Virus record (IMG/VR): IMGVR_UViG_3300033148_006706
Span: 32,001-96,000 of that record
Direction: 5' to 3' (one strand)
Length of the DNA stretch: 64,000 nucleotides
Origin: a virus
In this document: in pieces, positions 40,501 to 50,004 of the stretch
Position numbering within the stretch: the first letter of the stretch is position 1
Layout of the letters: every line of letters begins with the position of its first letter
The notes under the pieces: generated by a model
Seen by the model: the letters and a program-made list of their open reading frames with translations, nothing else
What the model was told of the DNA's origin: nothing
The model's database searches: none
Position numbers and translations under genes: made by a program

Positions 40501-43500
40501 ATATAACAAAAAGAGAACATGTGGGGGAGGCGGTAGATGATGATACAGAATTGTGGCCTTTAACCTCTTCTGCTTGTAATTCATCTTTTGGTACAGAGCC
40601 TCTAAATAGAAATGTAGTACTTCAACCAAAAATGCACTCCTGGCTTGGACAAAGCGGGGGGGTTTTTCAAGAAACAAGCAACGTATTAAAAGACCCTTGT
40701 GATTTATCTACATCAAATTGGAGTAAAAACAGTTGCACTACTGAACTTGTAGAAAAAAAGATAGTAAACTTTCCGTTTACCAAAGCTGAATCGTCAACAG
40801 CTTCGGGGTATGTTTATCAAACCTTTGTTCCTACTGCCTCAAGAATAGCGGTGAGTGCTGTGGTGGAAAAAGGCAATACGGATAATACAGCTTTATATCT
40901 TTATGATTCTACTGCAGGTACATATATTGAAAGAGGGCTGTTTACATTCAGCACTGAAACCTTTACTCCAGATGATAGTTCAACAATTTATGAAGTAATA
41001 ACTATAGAACAATATAGACGGTACGTAATTAAATACTCTGTCGATGTAACTGGTGGAAATACTTTACAATTACGATGTTATGCAGCATGGAATGGTTTAG
41101 CGGGAGATTTTACTTATTGGGCTGCTGTACAGGTTACTGAAACTAATTACCCCGTAGCTTTTATTTCTCCAAAGAAATACCCCTCGCTCACCCGACCTAA
41201 AAGTGGATGGAAATACAATTTTCCTCTACAATCACAAATGCGAATAAAAATGGAAGTAACACCTTGGTTTAATTATGGTACGAGTATTAATCATCGATTT
41301 TATGAGTGGTATATAGATGATACACATCGTTTAATATTATATTACGAAGCATCTGATGATAAAATTTGTATATATTGGAGAGATGGAGGTACTGTTAGAT
41401 ATCTTCGATCTCCTCAATTTGATGACAGTACCTCTTATCTCAATATTAATCAAAGACTGAAAATAGATGTAGCATTTGATCCTAATGGCTCAGGAAGTTT
41501 TCTTAAAATTTATGATAAAGATGATAATCTGCTCTCGGAAGATACAACATGGGATGGAACCCCTGATACTTTTACATCTAATTTTAATAATTTTTATGTG
41601 GGACAATATGAAACTGGACTACAAGCCGATTCTGAAATACACTCTTTACAAATTTGGTCGGGGGCTCTTACCGACACTGGAGATCCTACATTTCAATTAA
41701 AACCAGAACCTTTAATTTACGGATATCTTGAACAGAAAGAAACAAAAAGCGATACAGTTGGGGTATTTAATGAAATCAATACTCTGGTTTCAGATTCAGA
41801 AAATCTTACCACAGCAAATTGGGTTCCTTACCACTGTACAACTGAATTAACTGATCAATATGTAGAGGGGCATCGATTAACGAAACTTACAGCTACTAGC
41901 GCCAATGCACAAGCATATCAAACTGTTACTTTTACATCATCTGAGAAAAAAGCGATTACTGGAATTGTAAGAAAAGGAAATTATGATCCAGCAGGATTTT
42001 TTTTACATGATGCAAGTACTTCTACAAATAAATTATATCTTAAAATCAACTTTTCTACAAAAACAATTACTGGGGCAGTCGGTTCTTTAATTCATGCTAT
42101 TTGGCTTGACAATAAGACAGTGCAAGTATACGCTGTATCTAATGCAGTAACTCATACTAATGCACATCGAATATATTGTGATGTAGACGGAGATGATTTA
42201 GGCTCTGCCGGGGATTATACCTATTGGACTGCAGTACAGGTATATGATAATGTGTTTCCTTATTCTTATACTCCTAACGACCGTGATGCTTGTTTCTTAC
42301 AAACCCAAAGAGCGCTAACAGAAAAGCATACAATAGAGTGCAAAATCTGGCCTTTCTGCAACTACGACACTGCTGGAACCCATTACATAGCCTCCTGGTA
42401 CGTAGATTCAAATAATTATTATATGCTTAGATTCTACTCTGCAAAGATTCAATTACTATATAAAAGAGGAACGGGAGAGGCGATTTTAGAATCTTCTGCC
42501 TACACTTCACAAAGCGATTGGAATAAAGCACATGATATAGCAATAATAGCAGATCTAGGAACAGGAGATACAACAGGAACAAAGTTAATAATAGACGGAG
42601 TAATAGTAGATGAAACATGGAGTGGAAACATTGATAGCTTCTCCCCTATTTTTCCCACCCTTACAATTGGATCTAAGACGAATAATAATACAGAGTATTT
42701 TGAAGGTTTTATATGGAATCTTGCCTATACTGCACGGAAAAAAGAAGTTTGGGAAGTACAACAACACTATCAAAGACAACGACCTTATTATGATATCAAC
42801 TCTATAGCTAATGAATCTGATACTATTTACATAGATCCTTATAATGTGTATATAAAAAATTTAAAAGTATTCGATAGCGTATTTTTCGGTAGACAAGAGT
42901 CAGAGAGTCTTCCTTATTTTAAATGGGATACAAATAGTGGAAAAATAACAATAAATAAAACTCTTATTACTGCAAGCGACAGTTATAACTATTGGGACTT
43001 AGATACCGGGGGATTTAGAGTAGGCAATGCTAGTAGTTATATATATTATGACCCCTCAGGAAATGGTTCTCTAACGCTTAAAATGGATGCAATATATGCA
43101 TCAACCTTAGAAACTCTAGTAAATGGAAAACTTTCAATTTCAATGGAAGGTGATTTAACAGGAGAACCCCCCTCTCTTCAATCTCCTATCTACGTGACAA
43201 CCGAAGATACAGGGGGTGCTGATCCTGCTTATGGTATCATTAGCCATTTAAATGAGATAAGATTAAGAACGGGTAATGCAGACCCACAATCAGCTTCTGA
43301 TGCAATAGTTATAGATAATAATCAAAATGTTGGCATCGGGACGACTAGTCCAAGTGCACTATTAGAGATAAAAACAGCTATAGCTGCAAGTTCAGGTCTC
43401 CTAATTACAGGTGGTGCGTCTTCTAGCAATGCTCTCAAAGTCGCTGGAAGCGCAGGAGATGGTGGGGGGAATGTCGTAGAAATATCTCCTAGTTGGAATA

Positions 43501-44315
43501 CTAACAATGGGCCGACGGCTCTTTTGATTAATCCCGAGAATATTGGCGGAACCCAGACTGGAGCAAAACTGCTAGATATTCAATATGATGGTTCAAGTAA
43601 GCTTATGGTAGATAAATCAGGCAACGTCGGCATCGGAACGCCAAGTCCAGAGAGTAAATTGCAGGTTATTGTTCCAACAGCTGCTTCTGGCTTGGGGCTT
43701 CTCATTAGTACGGCACTAGGAACAAATTATGATGATACAAGCATTCCTTTTAGAATTATAGAGTCGGCAGGGACATTGTTTACAGTACAAGGAAACGGTA
43801 ACGTCGGCATCGGGACAACGGGTCCGGGGGCGAAATTAGAAGTAAAAGCGGGTTCCGAAGGGCAATCTTCGCCTGTAGAAGCAATAAGAATCTGGGGTCC
43901 AAACAGTCCAACTAATATGAATTCTGCCCAAGATTTGAAATGGCATTTTGCTAGTGCGGGTTCTGCAGGTATAAGAGCATATCGTGGAGGCAGTTGGAAT
44001 ACTTATTTGCAATTTTTGACTAATGCTGCTTCTGCTGGTTCAGATAATCCTCAGGTAAGAATGACTATAGATGATACAGGCAATGTCGGCATCGGGACGT
44101 CGAATCCAAGCCAGAAACTTTATGTTTCGGGTAATATCCAAGCTACAGGAGCTATAATTGCAAATACTGCTGGATCTGTTTATGTGCGATATGGTATAGG
44201 TGATCCGGGAAGTGGGAATGGTAAATTAGCAGTATATGCAAGTACTTTAAATACCTTTCGTGCGGGGACTCAATGGGGGTGGCAACACTTTAATCCAGAT
44301 GGACAAGGATGGTAA
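37593..44315 (+). CDS. Long tail fibre / receptor-binding protein (2240 aa)
   Basis: N-term FN3-like domains, duplicated helical and LamG/CBM-like modules, four NVGIGT repeats near the C-terminus. Confidence 0.88.
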   Translation: MGTEQFDDIVGKKIKSNLEITTEEKYPGNPEYANNVDGDYTNAIGDAVEAYVNGEETQPPDIPQWDSPAYDLEIIEDGTGLKKPKITLHWIDTSSDILTENFLIYKTDNSGGTFGTLTLYDKIPADETDYVDEKLSFNTGYRYAIRAEDRFLNRSDLTDYQEITTPTVPEPSRPTDKIVTGAGVKQIGLKFQGSPSFEDILYYQVESRSATADPDGYGGYEVPASPSWGDWEVINQSLSTRIIHENLDYTKCYQYRYRSVNSYGVSGSANSEEGHSELLSDIVIPLKVKRDDLDWDIQDQIDGKLDYYITHSSQDPKYHPVYGWPDTSKDDLDHHRDIWYQIDTGLKKVFNGYTGLWENQPNITKLTIADDNVLTPSEKLILKKEWNTIAKEKIVLLTQFGLKEGEIGGVETEKYNYISAYNTLDSYLNNIIDGILKESNYLQVIEDIAGATARDDGFIFLFFQDSTPTANGAGDLWINTEDELDILYKWNGSNWIEQTGVSEEDRLKIVSLKQTTGSDDEIVIYFQDSEPSIPASDEDDLWVDTDGGDYLYRHTSGGTWEIVESAILDINGEELRGKFRDYYDAKQELVKAISDVSADDMRTRFVNNTYMIDIENDKIDSTTYFVDFINNVTRTSIKVYSVKDEDKNNLTGLQADDLLVATDTFKEYRYNGASWEELTETNTDFLRAFIDADHLRTIYIPASDADLPSFYQARDLLIPTATFSNNDGSTTKEFQKNSVYITTVNEISAFNNAHWGLSIKYTDDTLAKYKTSVFDSPPNCEYNAGEERWEVNTSLGDSYVSEDIFVPGQEYVIFDGSTTKTFDKGEVYVASIADEEAHRRDGYPFVNTHWERKLRFSQELDDITEDNKLSPTEKLATKKEWEIIRKEYPSIIEEAVEQGVNTFSFKSAYDELDDYLNNESTGLLNDTSTTSDIVGDTFRSKFSNYYDEKAKILRSIAYMASQDAYSGTDYITKREHVGEAVDDDTELWPLTSSACNSSFGTEPLNRNVVLQPKMHSWLGQSGGVFQETSNVLKDPCDLSTSNWSKNSCTTELVEKKIVNFPFTKAESSTASGYVYQTFVPTASRIAVSAVVEKGNTDNTALYLYDSTAGTYIERGLFTFSTETFTPDDSSTIYEVITIEQYRRYVIKYSVDVTGGNTLQLRCYAAWNGLAGDFTYWAAVQVTETNYPVAFISPKKYPSLTRPKSGWKYNFPLQSQMRIKMEVTPWFNYGTSINHRFYEWYIDDTHRLILYYEASDDKICIYWRDGGTVRYLRSPQFDDSTSYLNINQRLKIDVAFDPNGSGSFLKIYDKDDNLLSEDTTWDGTPDTFTSNFNNFYVGQYETGLQADSEIHSLQIWSGALTDTGDPTFQLKPEPLIYGYLEQKETKSDTVGVFNEINTLVSDSENLTTANWVPYHCTTELTDQYVEGHRLTKLTATSANAQAYQTVTFTSSEKKAITGIVRKGNYDPAGFFLHDASTSTNKLYLKINFSTKTITGAVGSLIHAIWLDNKTVQVYAVSNAVTHTNAHRIYCDVDGDDLGSAGDYTYWTAVQVYDNVFPYSYTPNDRDACFLQTQRALTEKHTIECKIWPFCNYDTAGTHYIASWYVDSNNYYMLRFYSAKIQLLYKRGTGEAILESSAYTSQSDWNKAHDIAIIADLGTGDTTGTKLIIDGVIVDETWSGNIDSFSPIFPTLTIGSKTNNNTEYFEGFIWNLAYTARKKEVWEVQQHYQRQRPYYDINSIANESDTIYIDPYNVYIKNLKVFDSVFFGRQESESLPYFKWDTNSGKITINKTLITASDSYNYWDLDTGGFRVGNASSYIYYDPSGNGSLTLKMDAIYASTLETLVNGKLSISMEGDLTGEPPSLQSPIYVTTEDTGGADPAYGIISHLNEIRLRTGNADPQSASDAIVIDNNQNVGIGTTSPSALLEIKTAIAASSGLLITGGASSSNALKVAGSAGDGGGNVVEISPSWNTNNGPTALLINPENIGGTQTGAKLLDIQYDGSSKLMVDKSGNVGIGTPSPESKLQVIVPTAASGLGLLISTALGTNYDDTSIPFRIIESAGTLFTVQGNGNVGIGTTGPGAKLEVKAGSEGQSSPVEAIRIWGPNSPTNMNSAQDLKWHFASAGSAGIRAYRGGSWNTYLQFLTNAASAGSDNPQVRMTIDDTGNVGIGTSNPSQKLYVSGNIQATGAIIANTAGSVYVRYGIGDPGSGNGKLAVYASTLNTFRAGTQWGWQHFNPDGQGW

Positions 44316-44860
44316 AAATGTATATAGGATTTGAAACAAAAAAACTAGAATTAGATAGAGTTGAAGCTCTATACCCGCCAACGATCATATTATCAGAAAC
44401 AATACCAGAAACGACATATTATCTAGTAATTGAGGAATATTCTCAGTATTTTTATTTTAACGAAAAAGGCGAATTCAAAACAAAAATGTGGGAAGGGTGG
44501 AATAATTATCCGTTGTATACATTTAACCGTGATAAGTATGAAGCTGGAGAAGATCCTTTTGAACCATTTGACCCATATTCATCGAAAACATTTAAACACC
44601 GAATACGTCGAGAGCGAATTGAAAATCAAATTAAATGGCAACTACGATACCCAATCGAAATTAAGAAACTTCGCAAAGCACTCAAAAGAGTAATTATGCT
44701 ACTGGAAGCTTCAGGAGCAAATATTAATTGGCCAGAACTAAAAGAATTTATGGAATATTCTAACACAATTGAAACAGTGATCTCTAAGCACCCAAAGGTT
44801 TCTAAATATCTTAATAGAATAGACCTTAAAACTGAAAATGGGGTTAACAATGATGCTTGA
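44309..44860 (+). CDS. Hypothetical protein, possible fibre assembly chaperone
   Basis: Overlaps fibre stop; function from position only. Confidence 0.55.
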   Translation: MVKMYIGFETKKLELDRVEALYPPTIILSETIPETTYYLVIEEYSQYFYFNEKGEFKTKMWEGWNNYPLYTFNRDKYEAGEDPFEPFDPYSSKTFKHRIRRERIENQIKWQLRYPIEIKKLRKALKRVIMLLEASGANINWPELKEFMEYSNTIETVISKHPKVSKYLNRIDLKTENGVNNDA

Positions 44861-45038
44861 TAATGAAGTACAACAAAAATTCTTAGAAGATAGCGGATAT
44901 GCTCAGGGTTGGGGGTGGACATTAACTGATGAGGATATTGAGCAGATGAAAAATTGCGATAACCGTGATGTTCTCTACCCAGCGCTTGAAAATAAGCTTA
45001 TACAGGAGTGTGAAAGCGAGCAGGAGGCGGCTATATGA
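44850..45038 (+). CDS. Small hypothetical protein
   Basis: Overlapping start/stop coupling on both sides. Confidence 0.6.
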   Translation: MMLDNEVQQKFLEDSGYAQGWGWTLTDEDIEQMKNCDNRDVLYPALENKLIQECESEQEAAI

Positions 45039-45412
45039 AATTAGGAATAATAGTTAATAATCAAAATATTTTGGAAAAAATAAACAAAATGGATCTGCCC
45101 GGAAGTAAAGTTTTAAAATTAAGAAAAATAATAAAAAAATTTATGGAAGAATTACGACAATTTGAAGAAGAGAAGAATAATTATATTTTAAAACACGGTG
45201 AGAATGGAGAACTAAATAGAGACTCCAATCCGGAAGCTTATGAAAAAGCAATTCTTTTTCTAAACGAAATGATGAACAGCGAGATAGATATAGAACCAGC
45301 TCCCATTCTTGATGATAGCGATATAGAAAATAATAAATTTAGTGTTGCGGATTTAGATAGGCTGGAGGCCCTGGGATTATATAAACCCGATAGTGATGAG
45401 AAAATATCATAA
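45035..45412 (+). CDS. Hypothetical protein (typical fibre-downstream helical protein)
   Basis: GGAGG SD; ATGA overlap. Confidence 0.75.
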   Translation: MKLGIIVNNQNILEKINKMDLPGSKVLKLRKIIKKFMEELRQFEEEKNNYILKHGENGELNRDSNPEAYEKAILFLNEMMNSEIDIEPAPILDDSDIENNKFSVADLDRLEALGLYKPDSDEKIS

Positions 45413-45487
45413 ACTTAATGTGCAAAGTTTATAATATGCATAAGGCGAGGAAAATATAAACATAAAATCTAAATGGGGGAGGCAGAG

Positions 45488-46195
45488 ATGAATTATGAAG
45501 AACTTTTGCAATTTGGGGGCACATTCTATAATGATAACAACAATAATGCCGGAGTAGAATGGTATGTAGAAGAAAAAGAAAACCAGCTTATTATTAGAAT
45601 TCCTGGCACTAATTCTTTTAGAGATTGGATAACAAATTTTATATTCTTCCCTATGTCGTATTATTATCCAGATGCTAAAGTGCACTCAGGTTGGTATAAC
45701 GAGTATATACAGAGCGGAATAAATCTTAAAATGAAAAAAATAATTAAAGAGGGGGCTTATAAAAAAGTAACAATAATGGGGCATTCAAAAGGCTGTACTA
45801 CAGCATTGTTTCTTACTCAATATTTATCTCTAACTTTTAAATCTGATAATGTTAAAATTGAAACTTTTTTGCTTGGATCCCCTAAAGTGGGCAATCTTAA
45901 ATTTAAAAGACTATTAGAAAAAAATGAAAACGCCTTTATACACAATATTCAAGTAAGGGGTGATATTGTTTGTAAAATGCCTCCTAATCTTATCTTGTTA
46001 TTTCTTCTCCCTTATTTTTTTCTAATTAATAAAAAATTCATATTTTGTTTTTTCTGGCACATTGGACACGGAAAAAAGATAAAAATAGGAAAAAAGAGCT
46101 TTATAACTTTTAAAGGTCATGAGTTTGATAATTACAGAAAATTACTTATAGAGGAAGAAAAAGAAAGGAAAAGAAAATGGATAAACAAAAAATAA
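45488..46195 (+). CDS. Class 3 lipase (alpha/beta hydrolase)
   Basis: PGTNS..DW..N, VHSGW, GHSKG nucleophile elbow, GSPKVGN, DIVCKMP, late His; SD GGAGG favours 45488. Confidence 0.88.
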   Translation: MNYEELLQFGGTFYNDNNNNAGVEWYVEEKENQLIIRIPGTNSFRDWITNFIFFPMSYYYPDAKVHSGWYNEYIQSGINLKMKKIIKEGAYKKVTIMGHSKGCTTALFLTQYLSLTFKSDNVKIETFLLGSPKVGNLKFKRLLEKNENAFIHNIQVRGDIVCKMPPNLILLFLLPYFFLINKKFIFCFFWHIGHGKKIKIGKKSFITFKGHEFDNYRKLLIEEEKERKRKWINKK

Positions 46196-46506
46196 AGAGT
46201 AGTACAAAGGCAATTACCTGGGCAGCTTTCTTACTTAACCCTTTAGCATGGATAGCAGACTGGTTCTTTAAAAAAAGTACCATCGATTATTTAATAAAAA
46301 ATAAAATAGATATAACCCGTTTAAATGATATAGAAAAATTTATTACAGATATTCCTTTAGCTACCATTGCAACCGCCTTTGTTACAATAGCTACAGCATA
46401 CGTAGCGGGACAAAAGGGTAAAACGATCAGCAAGAATATTGGCGCTCCAAAAGGCAAGGGCACAGATGAAAACGATCCTGATGATGCGCCTCCTCCTCTA
46501 AAATAA
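46177..46506 (+). CDS. Membrane protein, holin-like
   Basis: Two hydrophobic segments, charged C-tail, in lysis cassette. Confidence 0.55.
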   Translation: MDKQKIKSSTKAITWAAFLLNPLAWIADWFFKKSTIDYLIKNKIDITRLNDIEKFITDIPLATIATAFVTIATAYVAGQKGKTISKNIGAPKGKGTDENDPDDAPPPLK

Positions 46507-46517
46507 TTTCAGAGATA

Positions 46518-46528
46518 TTACTAATATT
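46518..46528 (+). promoter_or_regulatory. Putative late promoter TTACTAATATT (leaderless)
   Basis: Ends 2 nt before ATG 46531; no SD. Confidence 0.65.
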
Positions 46529-46530
46529 AT

Positions 46531-47283
46531 ATGTACAGCGAGAGAATAAACAAGTTTTTAAAAGAATATGATATAAATGATAATCTTGATTTTGATGATT
46601 TAAAATTTAGAGTTGGCGCTCCAATTACTTCTAGCTTTGGATTAGTCGCCGGATACAGAAAAGTAAACAACGAATATATATTTGATTCTGTTAGAATTCA
46701 TACAGGTGTTGATAGAAGTTGGGGAGAGAACGGAAGCGTATATGCACCGTTTTATTTTAATAGAAGCGAACTACACGATTATGGTGCAGATCATGTATAT
46801 GGAAGCCTAATACGTTTATTTAACGATGAGTATGGCTTTGAAATGCGTATAGTCCACATGAATCCAAAAACCGATATTGATAAAACAGCATATCAACTTT
46901 TAACCAACAATCAACCCATAGAACGAAATACTTATTTGGGGGTTTGCGGAACATACGGTAGTGCCAGTAGTGGAAGACATACCCATACAGAAATAGTATC
47001 TATTAAAGAAGAAAACAAAATACTGGATGTTATCCTATATAGGAAGTTTGGAGCAGATATTTATAATAGCTATACGGAAAATCACATAATAAATTTTTAT
47101 AGATCAAAGAGGGTTTTTAAAAATAAAAAAGTTGAAGAAATTTTAGACCATTTCAATAATTTAAAAAAAGCTAGAAGAGTAGTAGGTATAATAAATGATT
47201 ATTTATATGAATACAAAGATTGGTACTATGGAATGGAAAAAAGAATACGGTACAGTAGTGAAAAGTTGTTTAACGGATTATAA
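46531..47283 (+). CDS. M23-family peptidase-like endolysin
   Basis: ITSSFG..R, HTGVD (HxxxD), YG, HM, G.YG..SGRHTHTE (HxH). Confidence 0.75.
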   Translation: MYSERINKFLKEYDINDNLDFDDLKFRVGAPITSSFGLVAGYRKVNNEYIFDSVRIHTGVDRSWGENGSVYAPFYFNRSELHDYGADHVYGSLIRLFNDEYGFEMRIVHMNPKTDIDKTAYQLLTNNQPIERNTYLGVCGTYGSASSGRHTHTEIVSIKEENKILDVILYRKFGADIYNSYTENHIINFYRSKRVFKNKKVEEILDHFNNLKKARRVVGIINDYLYEYKDWYYGMEKRIRYSSEKLFNGL

Positions 47284-47306
47284 AAAAATAAAGGAGAGAA
47301 GAACGT

Positions 47307-47588
47307 ATGAATTTAAATTGGAATAACATCATGGCATGCGCAGTTATAGTGATCGGATTAACAGAGTATGTCAAAAGTTGGGATAAAAAGGAAAAGTTAA
47401 AAAAGATTTATAAACTATTCCCACTAGGTTTTTCATTTGCGGCTAGTCTTCTTTTAACGTTTATAGAAGGTTTTACGATAAATAGTTTTCTCTTTACTGG
47501 ATTGATTGTATTGGCTTTCTCAACACTTGGTTACGAAGCGATACTTAAATTTGTGCAGTCAATTATTGAAAAATTAAAATTAAAATAA
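47307..47588 (+). CDS. Holin
   Basis: 93 aa, three TM segments, follows endolysin. Confidence 0.7.
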   Translation: MNLNWNNIMACAVIVIGLTEYVKSWDKKEKLKKIYKLFPLGFSFAASLLLTFIEGFTINSFLFTGLIVLAFSTLGYEAILKFVQSIIEKLKLK

Positions 47589-47680
47589 GAAATACGGACA
47601 ATGCTAGATAAATTTATAAATTGGTTATTTTCACACATATTAAAAGATAATGAATACTTTAAAAAGGCGGTCATAACGTA

Positions 47681-48469
47681 ATGGCATGGGTACAGCTTAT
47701 TAAATGGTTACAATCACAAGATACATTAACACTTATCATCGCACTTGGAATTTTAATATTTCTTATTTATAAAGGAATAATACGTATTCCTTCTATAAAT
47801 AAGACAATCAGAAGAAAAAAATGTGAAAATCCTCACATAAGTTGTATTAATTATATTGATTTAGGGAATCGTTTATCAAAGCTTATGGTACTAAAAACAG
47901 AGATTGATAGAATTATAAACTTGGATATACTGAGAGAGCAAATGAACCTAGTAGATCAGATTGTATATGATATAAGAAAAAAAATGGAGCTTCATTTTGA
48001 TAAGATACTTAAAAATCAACAGCCCGATATACAGGATGTCAATTCAAGTATTGAACATAAAATCTTTGAAAATATTGCTAAATTAGGAGAGAAAACAATA
48101 AGAGATTTATTTCGATTTATAATGAAAGAAAATCGCATTCCAAACAATGAAGCTGAATTTATCCTATACGCTAAAAACAGGGCTAATAACGTTATTAACC
48201 GAGTAATTGAAGAGCTTTCAGTTAACTGGCATCGAGGACTCAGCATTACTAAAGAAATTTATATGAAAGCTTACTATGGAAAAATACAAGATTTCCGTGA
48301 TTTAAACTCTGAAATCGAAGAACAAATAATAACCACACTAAAGAGATGTAGGGACATTAACAACAGAAAATGGCTTGAAATTATGCAATATGATGATGAA
48401 GCTGCCGCTTTATTCCCCGAAATATATGAAGAAGCAATGAAGAAAGAAGGAGAAAAGCGGCAGACATGA
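47681..48469 (+). CDS. N-terminal TM protein, hypothetical
   Basis: TM LTLIIALGILIFLIY followed by helical domain. Confidence 0.75.
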   Translation: MAWVQLIKWLQSQDTLTLIIALGILIFLIYKGIIRIPSINKTIRRKKCENPHISCINYIDLGNRLSKLMVLKTEIDRIINLDILREQMNLVDQIVYDIRKKMELHFDKILKNQQPDIQDVNSSIEHKIFENIAKLGEKTIRDLFRFIMKENRIPNNEAEFILYAKNRANNVINRVIEELSVNWHRGLSITKEIYMKAYYGKIQDFRDLNSEIEEQIITTLKRCRDINNRKWLEIMQYDDEAAALFPEIYEEAMKKEGEKRQT

Positions 48470-48823
48470 CTAGAATTGTATTTTAAAATACTTATATACT
48501 CTCGCCTCGAAATAAAAAAGTTCTTTTCTTAACTCTTCCATTCTTAAGTTATTTTTTTCTGGAATATTTTTATAAAAATCAAACTTAGCATCTTCAGGAT
48601 CTGTTGGATGTCGTTCGCTGTTTGCTTTATTAAGATGTCGATTAAAACTTACGTAGTGTGGTTCTTTTTTAGCCCTCTCAATAGCGATACGCCTTCCTAA
48701 ATCTTTAGAAAAGGTGTCCTTTGGATGACATAGCGACCACCCGATCCTGTCTTTTTCTAATGCAACTAAGCATCCATAAGGTTGACGATTCTCTTTTCTT
48801 ATGTACTGAACTAACATAATCAT
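48470..48823 (-). CDS. Hypothetical phage protein
   Basis: GGAGG SD; GWSLCHPKDTFSK..GR.IA..RA motif. Confidence 0.8.
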   Translation of the reverse strand: MIMLVQYIRKENRQPYGCLVALEKDRIGWSLCHPKDTFSKDLGRRIAIERAKKEPHYVSFNRHLNKANSERHPTDPEDAKFDFYKNIPEKNNLRMEELRKELFYFEARVYKYFKIQF

Positions 48824-48984
48824 TCCTCCATCTTAATTTTTTTCAAGATCAAATAATGTTTTAACATATTTGATCTAATATTCTCAGTTTCTAAATTCAT
48901 TCTAGTTTTTTTCCTCTTCTGCACTAAAAAAAGAATTAAAAGATACTATAAGAAAAAAAATCAAAACGGCTTTTATTAAATACC

Positions 48985-50004
48985 TTATAATACTCCCTCC
49001 CATGTTATCTTTTTATTCTTTATCTTATTATAAAAATCGTATTGAGATAACCGCCATTCTGCACTCTCTATAGGATGTTCAACAGCGTATTCTAGATCTT
49101 CCAGAGTACTGTCAGCAGGATCTTGACCTGCCCCCGGCATAAAAACAATGAGATAATCATAATCATAAAACTTATTTATTTGTGTAATCATAGAGCGTCC
49201 TGCATCATCGTTATCAGGAAACAATATAAGATTTTTCACTTTACTCAGCAGCTTCTTTTGACCGGTACCTAACGAACTACCTAGTGTTGCTACAACATTT
49301 TTAGAAATATACCTCCAGATACGAAAAGCACTTTTTATTCCCTCTACTACATATAAAGGCTTTCGCAAACTAATACCGTCCCAATTCCATAATATATCCG
49401 CCTTACTGCCTTTCGGGTAGATTACTTTCAATTTCTGCTCTTCCGTATAATCTCTGCATTCCATATTCACTATTTCGCCGTTCTCTAATAATGGAATACA
49501 TATTCTATCTTTAATAAATGTACCTTTCTTGTTTTCTTTAGAAAAAGAGATATACGCTTTATTTGTATAACGAATATCAAATTCATCTATCATTTCCTTA
49601 TTAACATTTATTTTTTTAAGATATGTAAGAACCTGCGAATTTGACAAAGGATTATATAAACGCCCACCTGATATTCTTAACTCTTTCTTTAATTGTTTCT
49701 TCTCTGCTATAAGTTGATTTTGACCTAATGTCTGATTAAAAAGCCTTGATAATACCTCATCGCTTTTAATATATTTACTATAATTTCCGTTAGAAAGTTT
49801 TGTAACAAATGCATAAAAATTGTACGTAGCACCGCAGCTCCAACATTTACAATAGCCGTTGTTTTTTAACATTGTCATTGAGGGATTCCTATCCCTATGA
49901 TTTTGATTTATACACCGAAATTTTATATATTTACCTTTATCTTCGAATTGTATTCCAAGTTCACGAACTATTGATAATATTTCAGTAGTCGTTAAGTAAA
50001 TCAT
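48985..50004 (-). CDS. dnaG: DNA primase (Zn-finger + TOPRIM)
   Basis: C..H.D..PS..C..C zinc-binding domain; VVEG; FPDNDDAG TOPRIM. Confidence 0.88.
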   Translation of the reverse strand: MIYLTTTEILSIVRELGIQFEDKGKYIKFRCINQNHRDRNPSMTMLKNNGYCKCWSCGATYNFYAFVTKLSNGNYSKYIKSDEVLSRLFNQTLGQNQLIAEKKQLKKELRISGGRLYNPLSNSQVLTYLKKINVNKEMIDEFDIRYTNKAYISFSKENKKGTFIKDRICIPLLENGEIVNMECRDYTEEQKLKVIYPKGSKADILWNWDGISLRKPLYVVEGIKSAFRIWRYISKNVVATLGSSLGTGQKKLLSKVKNLILFPDNDDAGRSMITQINKFYDYDYLIVFMPGAGQDPADSTLEDLEYAVEHPIESAEWRLSQYDFYNKIKNKKITWEGVL

